NCBI GenBank assembly: GCA_900546965.1
Contig: URFE01000001.1
Location: 1-51,083 of the forward strand
Length of the DNA stretch: 51,083 nucleotides
DNA from: an uncultured Collinsella sp.
Lineage (GTDB): Bacteria; Actinomycetota; Coriobacteriia; Coriobacteriales; Coriobacteriaceae
Reading direction: 5' to 3'
In this document: piece after piece, positions 50,894-51,083 of the stretch
How positions within the stretch are numbered: the stretch's first letter is position 1
Layout: the number at the start of each line of letters is the position of its first letter
Translations under genes and position numbers: made by a program
Notes under the pieces: model-generated
The model's input: only the letters and a program-made list of their open reading frames with translations
What the model was told of the DNA's origin: nothing
Database searches by the model: none

Positions 50894-50903
50894 GATGCTT
50901 CTG

Positions 50904-51083
50904 TTATTTCGCAGCCGCTTCGCTTAGGCCGCTGCTTTGAGTTGCCGGTTCTCCGCTATTGCGAGGGCTTGCTTCCGCTTGAATCGTCCCTCTGTTTGGC
51001 CTGCATTGAGCACCCCCCCCCTGCGCGAGATTTCCGAACAGGCTGCGGTACAGCGCGTCCATGGCCCGCACGCTGCGGTGCGC
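50904..51083 (-). CDS. C-terminal fragment of a putative phage (DGR-type) reverse transcriptase
   Basis: Open frame from the window edge: AHRSVRAMDALYRSLFGNLAQGGG...AAAK*; the opening residues resemble my recollection of the terminal helix of phage DGR RTs; catalytic core not in window. Confidence 0.5.
   Translation of the reverse strand, partial: AHRSVRAMDALYRSLFGNLAQGGGAQCRPNRGTIQAEASPRNSGEPATQSSGLSEAAAK

Larger units (their letters stand above)
48254..51083 (-). mobile_element. Prophage end (lysis and late module), continuing beyond the window
   Basis: Endolysin, holin and XkdX-like genes; abrupt switch from core genes; candidate att junction at 48254-48283. Confidence 0.9.

Noticed and set aside
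50786..50903. DGR template repeat
   Set aside because: No matching variable repeat or AAC-rich pattern visible; looks like a terminator plus promoter region

Overview
A GC-rich bacterial contig, most consistent with Coriobacteriia (Collinsella-like); this is inferred from gene content and order, not from a search. Bases 1-49 are an untrimmed Illumina/Nextera adapter. About 48 kb is core chromosome, almost all on the minus strand. In transcription order it reads: P-type ATPase, zinc-ribbon protein, cyclophilin, TPR protein; mreBCD-pbp2-rodA, DUF697-like gene and a radical SAM pair; rplU-rpmA-obgE-nadD-yqeK-rsfS; rpsP-khpA-rimM-trmD-lepB; glyQS-PDRP-ppdK; rplS-rnhB; yraN-comM-dprA-trmFO-xerC; rpsB-tsf-pyrH-frr-uppS-cdsA-dxr-rseP-ispG-proS. 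dinB is the only plus-strand gene. Two accessory elements stand out. (1) An AT-richer HUH/Y1 REP-associated tyrosine transposase (RAYT-like) lies between dinB and rsfS among six copies of a ~33-36 bp repeat. Two copies form a REPIN-like long hairpin, and three overlap the TAG stop codons of the adjacent genes. (2) The last ~2.8 kb is the end of a prophage: a candidate tRNA-3'-like att junction, lysis cassette, XkdX/XkdW-like genes and, cut by the window edge, a C-terminus resembling a DGR-type reverse transcriptase. Other oddities are a winged-helix-like insertion in RseP, an apparent ATA start for xerC and a LacI-type palindrome upstream of ppdK.
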